Shown: positions 51,597 to 62,826, counted from the first letter of the stretch. The stretch is DNA of 64,000 nt from Candidatus Enterousia sp. (GCA_045613345.1 JAZLAT010000031.1:50722-114721), one strand, 5' to 3'. The notes: generated from the letters alone by a model not told the origin. Made by a program: numbers and translations.

Positions 51597-52588
51597 TTCG
51601 CATGTCCCGTATAAACACCACTGATGAATTTGCCGGTGCCTTGGTTGGTCAGGAAATTTCCAGATACCGTATCGTACATACCAATTTCACCGTCGCTATC
51701 CCGTCGCGCAGGAATTAAATTCATTTTCCCATCAACCCGAAAATAATATATGCGCATAATACGACATACGGTATTGGGGTTGTATTCTACCTGTGTTCTA
51801 AATAACCATGCATTCTTTGTCGGAGTATATAAATAGTTTGAAGCTGTGATCTCAGTATTGTACCATGTTATCTGGGGGGTTAATATGGGGGCTTTAAATG
51901 GATTTCCATACCAGTTTATTGTATATGGTGTGCCAATCTCACAAGGAGATGCCGCATAATAATAACGTGCATGCAAGTTAGTATTGGACGTTGAATAAAT
52001 CATAAATACTAGGTTGTTTACGCTCGGATAAGAAAATGAGAACTTTGGACTGCGCCAATCGTCGCCATCACTGGCACCAAACCATTCGCAAGTTCCGTCA
52101 TCCAAATATGCGAATTTCGCGGTTATATTCTCACCCGAACCAATTGGTTGGCCAAGATCAATATATTCTTTACCCGTTGCGTTTTCAATATACGGTAATG
52201 CGGTGTATCCCGCGGGCAAAGTGCGTTCGGGAACACTGTTCAAATTCCAAAGCCAACAATCCGTGGGATTGTCTGGGACATACATTCCACATGTCAATTC
52301 GCCGTTCAGTGCCATTTGCACCGCGCCATTTGCCGTTGCCGCGGTCACCAGTGCAGTTTCTTGCGTGGAATAAGATGCGCTTTCATCGTAAATATTTTTT
52401 GTGCCGATACCGTCCGTCGCGGTTGAATCAAAGGTCATTACAACATCATTACCCGCCGCGGGGATTGTTGGTTGTTTTGTAGCAAGTTCCGCATCAACAT
52501 ATTCTTTGCTTGTTGCCGCATTGTTGTTTTCGGCATATGCACCGAATGCACACAACGCACACATAATCGCAATTATAAATTTTTTCAT
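51593..52588 (-). CDS. Secreted fibre/adhesin-like protein, paralog C
   Basis: Same N-terminal stalk; LPAGYTALPYIEN...LIPARRDSDGEIGMYDTVSGNFLTNQGTG.F. Confidence 0.7.
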   Translation of the reverse strand: MKKFIIAIMCALCAFGAYAENNNAATSKEYVDAELATKQPTIPAAGNDVVMTFDSTATDGIGTKNIYDESASYSTQETALVTAATANGAVQMALNGELTCGMYVPDNPTDCWLWNLNSVPERTLPAGYTALPYIENATGKEYIDLGQPIGSGENITAKFAYLDDGTCEWFGASDGDDWRSPKFSFSYPSVNNLVFMIYSTSNTNLHARYYYAASPCEIGTPYTINWYGNPFKAPILTPQITWYNTEITASNYLYTPTKNAWLFRTQVEYNPNTVCRIMRIYYFRVDGKMNLIPARRDSDGEIGMYDTVSGNFLTNQGTGKFISGVYTGHAN

Positions 52589-52609
52589 GATTTGCTCCTT
52601 TTCTTTATT

Positions 52610-52789
52610 AAAAACCGATGTCTAAAAGACATGTCGGGGTGTTCGTAAATCATAAGAGTATAATTCCAGCGGTCTTTTGCAAAGCATTATAACCAACTGC
52701 ACCCCGATATGGGGCATAAAACCAAATGGTGTTTTTCACCTTACTCTTATGGGCCTACGACGACCCCGAATCGAAATCCTGTTCGACTC
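52610..52789 (-). ncRNA. Unassigned structured leader RNA, copy C (shortest)
   Basis: Same architecture as A and B; the variable stem is reduced to GGTG-AAAAA-CACC. Confidence 0.75.
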
Positions 52790-52796
52790 TGACTTT

Positions 52797-52826
52797 AACT
52801 TAGCAAATTATGAAATCCCAAGTCAA
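52797..52826 (-). promoter_or_regulatory. Promoter of RNA leader C
   Basis: TTGACT-N18-TAAGTT on the minus strand. Confidence 0.55.
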
Positions 52827-52841
52827 TAATAAAAATAAAAA

Positions 52842-53792
52842 CTATGCAATCAAATATGTCAAATACGCAATATACGCACATAAAAAGACAATGCCCGCAA
52901 CGCGTCCGATTCTTGGATTTTTTGCGGAAAACATCATCAACATTGCCACTGCTAAAATTGCAATTGCGCCGTCTGTGACAAAGGCCGCATTAAATGGTAC
53001 GGGGTGTATAATCGCCGTCATTCCCAACACAAACAAGATGTTAAATATGTTCGACCCAACGATGTTTCCAATTGCCATGTCATATTCGCCTTTTATTGCG
53101 GCGGCAACACATACGACCAATTCAGGCAAGCTTGTTCCCAACGCAACAATGCTCAACCCCACTATGCGATCCGAAACCCCGATGCGTGTTGCAATATCAA
53201 CCGCAGAATCCACGGTTAAGTTTGCACCGATAATCAATGCGGCGATTCCCGCGATAATCATAATCGTGGTTTCAAGCCCCGATGTCTTTTTAAATTTAGG
53301 TATGGGTTCGTGACTGTGTCGTGCCGCCCAAATTGTGTACAAAATGAAAAGAATAAACAAAACCAAAAACATCGCCGCCGCAATTCGTGAAATATTTCCA
53401 AACCACATTCCGCAAAGGCACAACAACAAAGTTATAATGCCAACAAAAGGCAATTCATATTGTTTTGTGTTTTTGTGAATGGGCGTGCGTGCAATAATTG
53501 CGGTCAAGCCCAAGATAAGAAATATATTTGTAATATTGCTGCCTATAACATTACCGATTGAAACACCGGCGGCACCATGTAATGCAGCCGTAATACTGAT
53601 TGCGGCTTCGGGCGCACTGGTGCCGATGGCGACCAATGTAGTCCCAATAATAATCGGTGGAATTTGAAACTTTCGTGCAACACTAACTGCGCCGTCAACC
53701 AATGTGTCTGCACCACGCATCATAAGGATAAAACCGACCGTCAATAAAATCAAAGAGACAACCATAAGAAACAGTATACCATAACAAAACAC
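52842..53792 (-). CDS. Calcium/sodium antiporter (YrbG family)
   Basis: GTSAPE and GTSLPE repeats; GNVIGSNI and GNIVGSNI. Confidence 0.92.
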   Translation of the reverse strand: MFCYGILFLMVVSLILLTVGFILMMRGADTLVDGAVSVARKFQIPPIIIGTTLVAIGTSAPEAAISITAALHGAAGVSIGNVIGSNITNIFLILGLTAIIARTPIHKNTKQYELPFVGIITLLLCLCGMWFGNISRIAAAMFLVLFILFILYTIWAARHSHEPIPKFKKTSGLETTIMIIAGIAALIIGANLTVDSAVDIATRIGVSDRIVGLSIVALGTSLPELVVCVAAAIKGEYDMAIGNIVGSNIFNILFVLGMTAIIHPVPFNAAFVTDGAIAILAVAMLMMFSAKNPRIGRVAGIVFLCAYIAYLTYLIA

Positions 53793-53854
53793 TTTTTTTA
53801 TATAATTTTTTGTGATAAAATAAAAAATAATAAATAGTAATAGGGAGTCCCAAT

Positions 53855-56800
53855 ATGCCAGAAAATAATGTCAATAACATTGTTCGTGAATATGCGTTGA
53901 ATTCAGACCAAAATTTGCTTGCTTTGTACAAGCGTATCGCATACGCGTACGGCACAATTGAATTGGCGGACGGTAAAAAATATGGTCCGGGTTTATTGTC
54001 TGAACAAGAAATCCAAGATATCCAAGAAATGGATTCGGTAAGTGCAATCCAAGAAATGTTTGCGGTCAAAGATTTACCGAACTTGACTGAAAATCAAAGA
54101 TTGGAATTCTGTGACATATTTGTTGGTGACGACATGGACAATTTCCATGGTGCAACACCGGCAATTTTGGCAGGTGCATATCGGGCGATTCGTGAACGCG
54201 CAAAAGAAGATTCTGTGCAACGTGGTCGTTTGGAAAAATTGGCGGCGTATATTGACCGTGAATCTTTGGATTTTGCAAATTCTAATGGTATGGTTATTGG
54301 CAACCGCGTTGTTGATATCGTGAATGTCGCCGATGTTTACGCGGGATTTATGGATATGTTGAACGCGCGTCGTGAAGATTTGGATGAAACGGCGGATGCG
54401 GGTAAGATTGCACAAATTGACGCGAATATCGCATACATGGAATCTGTGATTGGCGAATATGATAAAAATTGGGGATTGGATAAATTATCTCCATCAAACG
54501 CCAAAAAGTTGGGCAAGCGTTGGGATAAATTATGGGGTGATGCTTCGCGTGCAGATATGTTGCCCGATACAAAAAATATCGCCAAGAAATTTAAGTTTTT
54601 GGATGAAAACAATCAAGAAATCCCACAGTTCTTGTCGGATGGGCGTGTCGATAAAAATGGTCGTCTTGCGGCGGTGTGGCATGCGTCTTGCATTGATACA
54701 ACAAAGCGGCATGTTGCAAAAACAGACGAAGCCGTGGACGCAAATGCGTTGGAATTAGAAATCAACCAAGATGTATTGTTCAAATTACAGGCCATGACAA
54801 CGACAAGTGACGCGATAAACTTGTCTGTGGAAGATATAGACGAACTGAACGATATAAAAGCGCGTGAAGAAGCAATCAAAGATATCGAAGCCCAAAAACC
54901 ATTTGGCGGAACAATTTCAAATGATACATATAATGCCGCCATGGATGTCTATGCAAACGATAATGCGGCTTGGGGTGCGCGTGTTAAAAATAAAGTCGGG
55001 CGTTTTGCATCGCGGGTTCGTGGGTTCTTTGGCAAGTATACTCGTGCCACAGAAAAGATTGATGCTTTGTCTGATACTCGTATGGGACGCGAAGCGACGA
55101 CTAAACGTAAAAAACGTATTCAGTTATTTGGCGGTGTTTTAAAGGGTGTTGCCAGTGGTTTTGTGGCAAGTGCGCTTATTACGACAATCGCAACCGCTGC
55201 AGCGGCGGCAACTGGTATGACCATGGCTTCGGCTTTGGCAATGATTGGCGGAACTTTGGCGCTGGGAATCATTGCATCACAACTTTTGCGTTGGCGTCGT
55301 GAACAGAAAGAGGCGGGCAAACCGGTAACTTTCCGTGAGTTCCGTAAGAATCGTCAATTGATTACATCAATCGCAATCAGTGCGGTTGCGTCTGCGGCGA
55401 TGGGTTTGGCGGCGGGTGGATTTGCCACTGCGGCTATGCTGGTCGGCGGCGTCGCAATGGGTGCGGGCATGGTCAATAACGGTATGACAACTTCTGAACG
55501 CTTGAAAAACTACAAGGATATGAGCAAGGCTGAACGTATTGCGTGGGTTGTTGCAAATGCAACGGCTCCATTAGCAGGTGGTATAGCAGGTCGGTTCGCT
55601 GCAAACAGTTTTGTCAATTGGTACAATCAACAAAATCCAGAAAATACATTGTTCCAAAACAAACGCACGTATACAGAAATGCGTGATGCTACGCGTGAAG
55701 TCGAACACAGCAAGACAGTCACAGATTATACAGATGATATGTTGAAAAATTCCGAACGCGCCGTAAAGATGTGGTATCGTGATAATCCTGAATTATTAGA
55801 ACAACGTGTCGCAGAAATTAAAGCATATGGCGAAGCAAACGGAATCGATGTTGATCCGTATCGTATACTGCGCATAATTGGTTTGGCGGGTGAAAGAACC
55901 CCAGATGATATGTTGTTGCACGTTAATAACAGCCATCTTGATCCAACTATCAATGATGTTCACAGTCATGGTATGCACGGTTCATACAATGCACCGGGTT
56001 GGATGAAAACATATGGATATACCCCAGAGCAAATAGATGTTTTGGCACATACATTTAATCCTGATGGTTCAATTAACCCCGAAGGTATGAATCTTGCTGT
56101 TGATTTTGATTTGAATCACCTTGGTACCAAAGGGACAATCGGATATATAGAAGGTCGTGGTTACCATAATGATAATTTCTTGTCACAAACAGATATTGCA
56201 CGTGGCACAGAAACCAGTCCAAACGGTCGTGTGCACAGTGTGTTTTCGCCGATTGACGAACATCCAACTCAACATACCGAAACATGGACAGAAACCGAAC
56301 ATTATACGCAAAATGTTGATGTTACCGAATTTAATCGTGCCAATACAAATGCCGGTTTGAATGCGTTTGGAAATTACACACGTGGTGATCGGCGGACATT
56401 ACGTAATCGTCTTGGTGCGTTCTTGGGACGTGTGCGTGGCGAACAAACAAAAGTCACACCACAAGATACTAAACATGATGATGTGATTGTGCCGGTGTTT
56501 GACGAAGAAGAAAAACCGATTCGTGCAATCGTGCCGGCGCATGATGATGCCGAACAAGAAATTGTTGATGCTGAATACAACCAAGAACCTCGTGCTTTGT
56601 TGCAACCTCACGGTGGTGAATTGGTCCCAGTCGTTGGTCACAAATTGCCGAAACTTGAAGATGTGATCGGTCAAAAAGAAAAAGATTTTGTCCTGGATAC
56701 GCCAAAACCGAAACTGTTAGAGGCGGGGCGTAAACAGCAACAAGAACGTGTATTGCGCTTTGGATTGACTTATCAACAGGCCAAGAATTATAACGATTTA

Positions 56801-58168
56801 GTTCAAAATATCGAACGTGAAACACGTAAAAAGAATTTTGATCCGAAAAAAATTACTCGTTGGAAACAAGAACTGCAAGAATTGTATAACAAATATGGTC
56901 GTCCAGATTCTATTGAATATGAGATTGCACGGAACGAGGCATATGCGCGTGAAGAAATTGATGCAAAATTGTTGCCCCAGCTGGATGGAATTCAAGCACA
57001 GATTAGAATTATTTCATCTGAAATGGCGGATATAATGCAACAAAGACCCAATGTTGATGTTAACGAACCGCACGCGATGGAAAAATGGCAAAAGAAATAC
57101 GATAAAAAAGCGCGGAAATTAGACAGTTTGCGCAAGCAAGAAGCCAAAGTTGAAAATAAAATCAAAGAACTTGGTGGATTAGCATTGTTGGATACTTCGG
57201 ATTTGTATTTCCCGTCGCCGGTACAAAGCGAGAGTCGTAAACGTAAAGAAGATAAATGGGCGCGACTTGACGCGGAAAAAGCCGAACGCGATGCAAATGC
57301 GGCGGTCAAAGCCGAAATGGCGCGTGCCGAACGTGAAATTCGCGAACAAGAAAGAATTGCGGCACATCAAAAAGCCGAAGAAGAATCAAAACAACGCGAA
57401 ACGGAATCGGTGCAACCGGAAATTATTAACCCGTTTGAAATCGAAAATACACATGAAGGTTCACCTTCAATCGACGATGTAACACCGTCTGCATTTGTTG
57501 GTAAAGTTCCGTTGCCGACATGGCCTGTTGCGTCTGAACATGTTCCGTTTGTAATTTTGGATACCCCCCAAGAACAGGAAGCAAAGGCAAACAAATCGAT
57601 AACGAACAGAATTGATAAAGAAATGCCACCGGTGGAAACTATACCAACACCATTGGAATTTCGTCCGGAAATTACCAAAATCCGTGGTGTTTCGGTGAAT
57701 TTAGTTCCGGTCGGCGAAAATGGTGCTTATATTGCACAAAATAACGGTATTGCGGTTGTTTTGGTAAATGTTGATGGTGTTCATGTCCCGTTCTATTTGA
57801 ATGAAAAGGATCATATGTGGCGACCGATTTATCGGTTTAACAGAAACGGCAAGCTTTATTTAGGCGATTCTGTGAAGCAATATCATCCCGCAGAAATTAT
57901 TCAAATTGCTGGTGCCTTAGGTTCGGAACTTGGAACAGAGTTTTTTGTTGAATCTTTACCACAATTGGATATTGATAATGTGGCAGATGCTGTGTTGGAA
58001 CCGATAAATAACAAGCAAGCATATGGTTTATATGCCGGTAGCGCGATTTATGCTGATACTGGTATATTACAAAGAGTGTTGTCCAATGTTGGTATGCAAG
58101 AACCAGAGAAAAACAACCTGTTAAGACGGTGGCTGGGTCATCATGGAATGAATGACGGTCATAAATAA
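53855..58168 (+). CDS. Large (1437 aa) hypothetical protein with central Ala/Gly-rich hydrophobic helices and coiled coils
   Basis: Long ORF with RBS GGGAG and a downstream terminator. Confidence 0.75.
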   Translation: MPENNVNNIVREYALNSDQNLLALYKRIAYAYGTIELADGKKYGPGLLSEQEIQDIQEMDSVSAIQEMFAVKDLPNLTENQRLEFCDIFVGDDMDNFHGATPAILAGAYRAIRERAKEDSVQRGRLEKLAAYIDRESLDFANSNGMVIGNRVVDIVNVADVYAGFMDMLNARREDLDETADAGKIAQIDANIAYMESVIGEYDKNWGLDKLSPSNAKKLGKRWDKLWGDASRADMLPDTKNIAKKFKFLDENNQEIPQFLSDGRVDKNGRLAAVWHASCIDTTKRHVAKTDEAVDANALELEINQDVLFKLQAMTTTSDAINLSVEDIDELNDIKAREEAIKDIEAQKPFGGTISNDTYNAAMDVYANDNAAWGARVKNKVGRFASRVRGFFGKYTRATEKIDALSDTRMGREATTKRKKRIQLFGGVLKGVASGFVASALITTIATAAAAATGMTMASALAMIGGTLALGIIASQLLRWRREQKEAGKPVTFREFRKNRQLITSIAISAVASAAMGLAAGGFATAAMLVGGVAMGAGMVNNGMTTSERLKNYKDMSKAERIAWVVANATAPLAGGIAGRFAANSFVNWYNQQNPENTLFQNKRTYTEMRDATREVEHSKTVTDYTDDMLKNSERAVKMWYRDNPELLEQRVAEIKAYGEANGIDVDPYRILRIIGLAGERTPDDMLLHVNNSHLDPTINDVHSHGMHGSYNAPGWMKTYGYTPEQIDVLAHTFNPDGSINPEGMNLAVDFDLNHLGTKGTIGYIEGRGYHNDNFLSQTDIARGTETSPNGRVHSVFSPIDEHPTQHTETWTETEHYTQNVDVTEFNRANTNAGLNAFGNYTRGDRRTLRNRLGAFLGRVRGEQTKVTPQDTKHDDVIVPVFDEEEKPIRAIVPAHDDAEQEIVDAEYNQEPRALLQPHGGELVPVVGHKLPKLEDVIGQKEKDFVLDTPKPKLLEAGRKQQQERVLRFGLTYQQAKNYNDLVQNIERETRKKNFDPKKITRWKQELQELYNKYGRPDSIEYEIARNEAYAREEIDAKLLPQLDGIQAQIRIISSEMADIMQQRPNVDVNEPHAMEKWQKKYDKKARKLDSLRKQEAKVENKIKELGGLALLDTSDLYFPSPVQSESRKRKEDKWARLDAEKAERDANAAVKAEMARAEREIREQERIAAHQKAEEESKQRETESVQPEIINPFEIENTHEGSPSIDDVTPSAFVGKVPLPTWPVASEHVPFVILDTPQEQEAKANKSITNRIDKEMPPVETIPTPLEFRPEITKIRGVSVNLVPVGENGAYIAQNNGIAVVLVNVDGVHVPFYLNEKDHMWRPIYRFNRNGKLYLGDSVKQYHPAEIIQIAGALGSELGTEFFVESLPQLDIDNVADAVLEPINNKQAYGLYAGSAIYADTGILQRVLSNVGMQEPEKNNLLRRWLGHHGMNDGHK

Positions 58169-58249
58169 TAACACGGGGATTTTTCCCCGTGTGTGTTTTT
58201 TATAATAAATATGTTTTTAATTTATAAAATTTGTGGTATAATATAAAAC

Positions 58250-59188
58250 ATGAAAGTTAGGATTTTACCTTTTATTGTTGGTGTTATTGTTGCAAATTGC
58301 GGGGTTGCACACGCGAATTGGCAATATTCCGGCGAATATACTTATGATACGTCGGCATACGATACCGGTGAACGTGTCGCGGTATCTTTGCGTGGTGGTG
58401 CAAGTTGGGCAATGGCCAAGATGCATAATGATGCGGATACAATTGTTTATTCTTTCTGTGTCAATACCACCACTGGTGCGATTACAGATTACACCGGAAG
58501 TTGCGCCGAAGGCGAAGTTTATGCTACGGGTGCTTTGAATTCTTTGGGGATGTCAAATTTGTCTGGTTTCGGATTCAGTGCCGGCGCAAGCGTCGGTTGG
58601 GTTTTACCAAATACACCACAATGGCGACTGGAATTAGGTTGGGACCATTTTTCTGAAACGGATTATAATGAAACACCTGTGTTTTCGGGTAATATGCCGC
58701 TTAGTGATGGTCATGTTTATCCGGGGTTTGGTGTTGGGTCGGTTCAATCTACGATATCGACAGATATGATAAGCGCGATGGCTTTTTACGATTTCTTTGA
58801 CGGTTTGTATAAACCTGTGCGCCAGTTTATTCCGTATTTTGGGTTTGGTGTCGGATATGCAGACAGCAAAACCGTAATGAATATGTTCGATTATTCGGGC
58901 GATTTGTCGTCTTTTGAAATTTTGTTGGATTTTGGTGAAGTATCCGATTCTGTTTTACATTTTTATCAATCCACAACAAACACCACCAATATTGCAGGTA
59001 TTGCGGCATTGGGTGTATCGTACAGTGTAAATAAAAACTTGTTCGTTGATTTTGGGGCGCGTGTGACGTATTTACCACGTGTGAAATATCAACTAGTAAA
59101 TGCTGATGATACACGTCGTCTTGATTGGTTCAGTGCCAAAAACTTGATTTATACCAATGTCATGCTTGGTGTGCGTTTAGAATTCTAA
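58250..59188 (+). CDS. Outer membrane beta-barrel protein (OmpA/opacity-like)
   Basis: Signal peptide, WRLEL, PYFGFGVG and terminal VRLEF. Confidence 0.8.
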   Translation: MKVRILPFIVGVIVANCGVAHANWQYSGEYTYDTSAYDTGERVAVSLRGGASWAMAKMHNDADTIVYSFCVNTTTGAITDYTGSCAEGEVYATGALNSLGMSNLSGFGFSAGASVGWVLPNTPQWRLELGWDHFSETDYNETPVFSGNMPLSDGHVYPGFGVGSVQSTISTDMISAMAFYDFFDGLYKPVRQFIPYFGFGVGYADSKTVMNMFDYSGDLSSFEILLDFGEVSDSVLHFYQSTTNTTNIAGIAALGVSYSVNKNLFVDFGARVTYLPRVKYQLVNADDTRRLDWFSAKNLIYTNVMLGVRLEF

Positions 59189-60715
59189 TTATTTGACGCT
59201 GTATTTCCCGCGATGTAATGGACGATAAGAAATTGCTTCGGCTATGTCGTTCATTTCAATGTTTTCGGCACCGCGCAGGTCGGCGATAGTTCGTGCGATT
59301 CTTTTTATACGGTTATATCCGCGTGCCGACATTCCCATTTTTTCTGCCGCATTGTTCAAGAAATTTGTTAATTCATCGGATAACACAACATATTTTTCCA
59401 AATCTGCACCATCAAGGCGCGCATTTACATATCCTTGGCGTGCGATTTGACGATTGCGTGCGGCAATTACGCGGGCGCGAACAGTTTCGCTTGTCTCGGT
59501 TGGAATATTATCGTTTTTGTTCATATCCCATGGGTTTACTGGGTCAACATCCACATGCAGGTCGATACGATCCAATAATGGCCCCGAAATCTTGTTTTGG
59601 TATGCTTCGGCACATCTTGGTGCGCGGGAACAGGCCAGGGCGGCATTCCCCAAATGCCCACATGGACACGGATTCATTGCCGCAATCAGTTGAAATTGTG
59701 CGGGATATGTTGCATTACGGCGTGCACGTGAAATCATAATTTTACCTGATTCCATTGGTTGACGCAGTATTTCCAATGTTGCGCGATTAAATTCTGGCAA
59801 TTCATCCAAGAACAAAACGCCATTGTGTGCCAAAGATATCTCGCCTGGTTTTGCGTCTGAACCGCCACCCGCCAATGCAACCGGACTTGAAGTGTGGTGT
59901 ACACTGCGGAATGGGCGATGTGACATAAGCGTTTTGCCGTCCAACCCCCCGGCAATAGAATAAATCACAGATGTTTCCAAAATCTCGTCCGCGGTCATTT
60001 CCGGCATAATCGTCGCCAACCGTGATGCCAACATGGTTTTACCCGATCCCGGCGGTCCAATCATCAACATTGCATGTCCGCCCGCCGCCGCGATTTCCAG
60101 TGCGCGTTTTGCCGCTGCTTGTCCCCGAACTTCGGACATATCGGGACCACTTGTAATATGGTTGGCTTCATGATTGATGGGTGCATCTGGGGCGGACATT
60201 GGGCACTTGCCATTAAAATGGTTTATCAATTCCAATACATGGAACGGTGCCAAAATGTTCGTATGTCCTGCAAGTCGTGCTTCAATTCCTTGGTTGCCTG
60301 GACAAATTATTCCCATATTGTTTTTATTTGCCCAAACACTTGCCGCCAAGACACCGCTTGTCTTGGTAACAGCCCCGTTCAGACCAATTTCACCGATAAT
60401 TATATATTTTGATAATTCTTCTTGGGGCAGTACATCAAAAGCACATAAAATTCCACATAATATAGGCAAATCAAAATGTGCACCGGTTTTTTCCACATCG
60501 GCGGGCGAAAGATTCACCGTCAATCGCCGTGGTGGCAATTGCAGCCCCAATGCCGCCAAGACATTTGTTATGCGTTCCGCAGATTCTTTGACGGCGCGGT
60601 CGGCAAGCCCGATAATATTGAAACTTTGTTTGCCAAGTCCCGCCGAAAGTTGAACTTGGACATCAATCTTGGTTGCTTCCATGCCGTTAAAGATAATAGA
60701 ACTTAAAGAAATCAT
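59189..60715 (-). CDS. comM: ComM / YifB Mg-chelatase-like AAA+ helicase
   Basis: VNLSPA, GPPGSGKTMLA, PGEISLAHNGVLFLDELPEF and AAMNPCPCG motifs. Confidence 0.93.
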   Translation of the reverse strand: MISLSSIIFNGMEATKIDVQVQLSAGLGKQSFNIIGLADRAVKESAERITNVLAALGLQLPPRRLTVNLSPADVEKTGAHFDLPILCGILCAFDVLPQEELSKYIIIGEIGLNGAVTKTSGVLAASVWANKNNMGIICPGNQGIEARLAGHTNILAPFHVLELINHFNGKCPMSAPDAPINHEANHITSGPDMSEVRGQAAAKRALEIAAAGGHAMLMIGPPGSGKTMLASRLATIMPEMTADEILETSVIYSIAGGLDGKTLMSHRPFRSVHHTSSPVALAGGGSDAKPGEISLAHNGVLFLDELPEFNRATLEILRQPMESGKIMISRARRNATYPAQFQLIAAMNPCPCGHLGNAALACSRAPRCAEAYQNKISGPLLDRIDLHVDVDPVNPWDMNKNDNIPTETSETVRARVIAARNRQIARQGYVNARLDGADLEKYVVLSDELTNFLNNAAEKMGMSARGYNRIKRIARTIADLRGAENIEMNDIAEAISYRPLHRGKYSVK

Positions 60716-60797
60716 GATTTTTACATTATAGACTTGCCTTATTTGAATTCAAGTTCTAAAATGCGAAAAATTGGTTTATATAAAGAAAGGAAGTTTT

Positions 60798-61676
60798 ATG
60801 CCTAAAAAGCCTAAAAATCGTGCGCGTGAATGGTTTGATACGCTGTTCTATGGTATATTGATTGCCGTGGTATTCCGCAGTTTATTTTTGGAACCATTTA
60901 ATATTCCGTCGGGTTCAATGATTCCATCGTTGCACATCGGTGACCATATTTTTGTTACCAAGTGGTCTTATGGATATTCGCGATATTCTTTTCCTTTTGG
61001 GTCTTGGCACCTTTGGAATGGTCGTATGTTTGGGCGCACGCCAAAGGTTGGCGATGTCATAGTATTTCGTAATCCGCGTAATGAATCGGTTGATTATGTT
61101 AAACGTTTAATTGCGTTGCCGGGTGATACGGTTCAAATGAAGGATGGTCGGTTGTACATAAATGGCAATATGGTGGAACGGCGTGATCCGCGTCCGTACG
61201 TGGTTGCGGTTTTGCCGCGGTCACTGCGACGGATTGGGTATTTTCGTGATAATATGACGGTGCGCGGAAATAAGGTTTATGTTGACGATAACCCCGCGGA
61301 CTTTAATTATACTATTGAATATAAATCGGACAACGAATGCCGTAAGTACGAAGGAATGTGCGGAGTGTTTTCTGGCACAGAATATACCGAGGTTTTGCCA
61401 AATGGGGTTGAACACAGTATTGTTGAGTTTACTGATAAAGGCCACTTGGATAATACCGAACCATATTTGATTCCAGAAAACCATTTGTTCTTTATGGGTG
61501 ATAATCGCGATAACAGTAATGACAGTCGCGCCGACGTTGGATTTGTCCCGATGGAAAATGTTTTGGGGCGCGTATGGTTTATTTGGTATTCGCATAATTA
61601 TTCTTCGCCGATGGTTGCGTTTTGGAATTGGAATGCTAAAATGCGGTGGAACAGATTTGGTCAAGGAGTAAAATAA
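60798..61676 (+). CDS. lepB: Signal peptidase I
   Basis: IPSGSM, YVKR and GDNRDNSNDSR motifs. Confidence 0.95.
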   Translation: MPKKPKNRAREWFDTLFYGILIAVVFRSLFLEPFNIPSGSMIPSLHIGDHIFVTKWSYGYSRYSFPFGSWHLWNGRMFGRTPKVGDVIVFRNPRNESVDYVKRLIALPGDTVQMKDGRLYINGNMVERRDPRPYVVAVLPRSLRRIGYFRDNMTVRGNKVYVDDNPADFNYTIEYKSDNECRKYEGMCGVFSGTEYTEVLPNGVEHSIVEFTDKGHLDNTEPYLIPENHLFFMGDNRDNSNDSRADVGFVPMENVLGRVWFIWYSHNYSSPMVAFWNWNAKMRWNRFGQGVK

Positions 61677-61677
61677 A

Positions 61678-62388
61678 ATGAGACTAACATACACCTTTAA
61701 AGATGAAACGATATTAAAATTGGCACTGACTCAGCGTGGTGTAAATTGTTATCACAACAATGAACGTTTGGAATTCGTTGGCGATCGTGTATTGGGGCTT
61801 TCGGTTGCGACGATGCTTTATGAAATGTTCCCAAAGGAAAAAGAAGGCGAATTGGCGCGTCGTTTATCGGTATTGGTATCCACAGAAACATTGGCGGATG
61901 TCGCATTGTTTTTGGGCATAGACAAAGAATTAAAGCATGGGCATCTTACTGCGGGTCGTCAACGTCATACATTGGCGAACGCGATGGAGGCTGTTCTTGG
62001 TGCGATATTCTTTGATGGTGGTTTTGATGCTGCGCGCAAGTTTATATATGGAATCTGGCACAGTTTGGCGGCGGCAGAATTGCGGGCACCCAAAGATGTT
62101 AAAACCGAATTGCAAGAATTGGTGCAACAACGTACTGGTGGCACGTTACCAAAGTATGAATATGGCGAAAGGGAAGGCGAAGCGCATTGTCCAACCTTTA
62201 CTGCAACGGTAAGTGCGATGGGGCAAAGTGCGACCGGATCGGGCCCATCCAAGAAAGCCGCAGGCAGTGCCGCTGCGGAAGAGCTGTTAAAGAAACTTAT
62301 GGCATTGCGTCCGGATGATAACGGTCATTTAGACGATGAAGAAAATACGACCAAGGTTGTCGGGGAAAATGCGGAATCAAACAAATAA
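61678..62388 (+). CDS. rnc: Ribonuclease III
   Basis: NERLEFVGD and dsRBD (KTELQE, SKK.A). Confidence 0.95.
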   Translation: MRLTYTFKDETILKLALTQRGVNCYHNNERLEFVGDRVLGLSVATMLYEMFPKEKEGELARRLSVLVSTETLADVALFLGIDKELKHGHLTAGRQRHTLANAMEAVLGAIFFDGGFDAARKFIYGIWHSLAAAELRAPKDVKTELQELVQQRTGGTLPKYEYGEREGEAHCPTFTATVSAMGQSATGSGPSKKAAGSAAAEELLKKLMALRPDDNGHLDDEENTTKVVGENAESNK

Positions 62389-62404
62389 AAATAAAGGATA
62401 AAAA

Positions 62405-62782
62405 ATGTTTTCAATTTTACTGGTATTACTGATTATTGTCGCGGTGTTTATGATTGGTATTATATTGCTCCAAAAATCCGAAGGCAGTGGCATGTCTGGT
62501 TCGGCGGCGGCATCTGTGTTGGGTGGCGCATTTACTGGTGCGGCGGCTGGGAATTTCCTGACCAAACTTACAACCTGGTTGGCGGTGATATTCTTTGTGC
62601 TTTGTGCGGCATTGGCATTGGTTTCGGCAAAGTCAAATATCGCGAATCCACAAAGTGATTTGCGTGCTGAATTGGCGGCTGACGAATTGGCGGGCGAACC
62701 AACACCATCGGATGCAGTGGGTGCGGCGGAAACTCCGACGGAACCAGTACCAACCCCGGCGGAACCCGCGACAAAAAAATAA
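62405..62782 (+). CDS. secG: Preprotein translocase SecG
   Basis: ILLQKSEGSG...NFLTKLT.WLA.IF. Confidence 0.9.
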   Translation: MFSILLVLLIIVAVFMIGIILLQKSEGSGMSGSAAASVLGGAFTGAAAGNFLTKLTTWLAVIFFVLCAALALVSAKSNIANPQSDLRAELAADELAGEPTPSDAVGAAETPTEPVPTPAEPATKK

Positions 62783-62826
62783 AGTTTTCTTAGTTATTGT
62801 AAAAAAAACGCCCAATCGGGCGTTTT

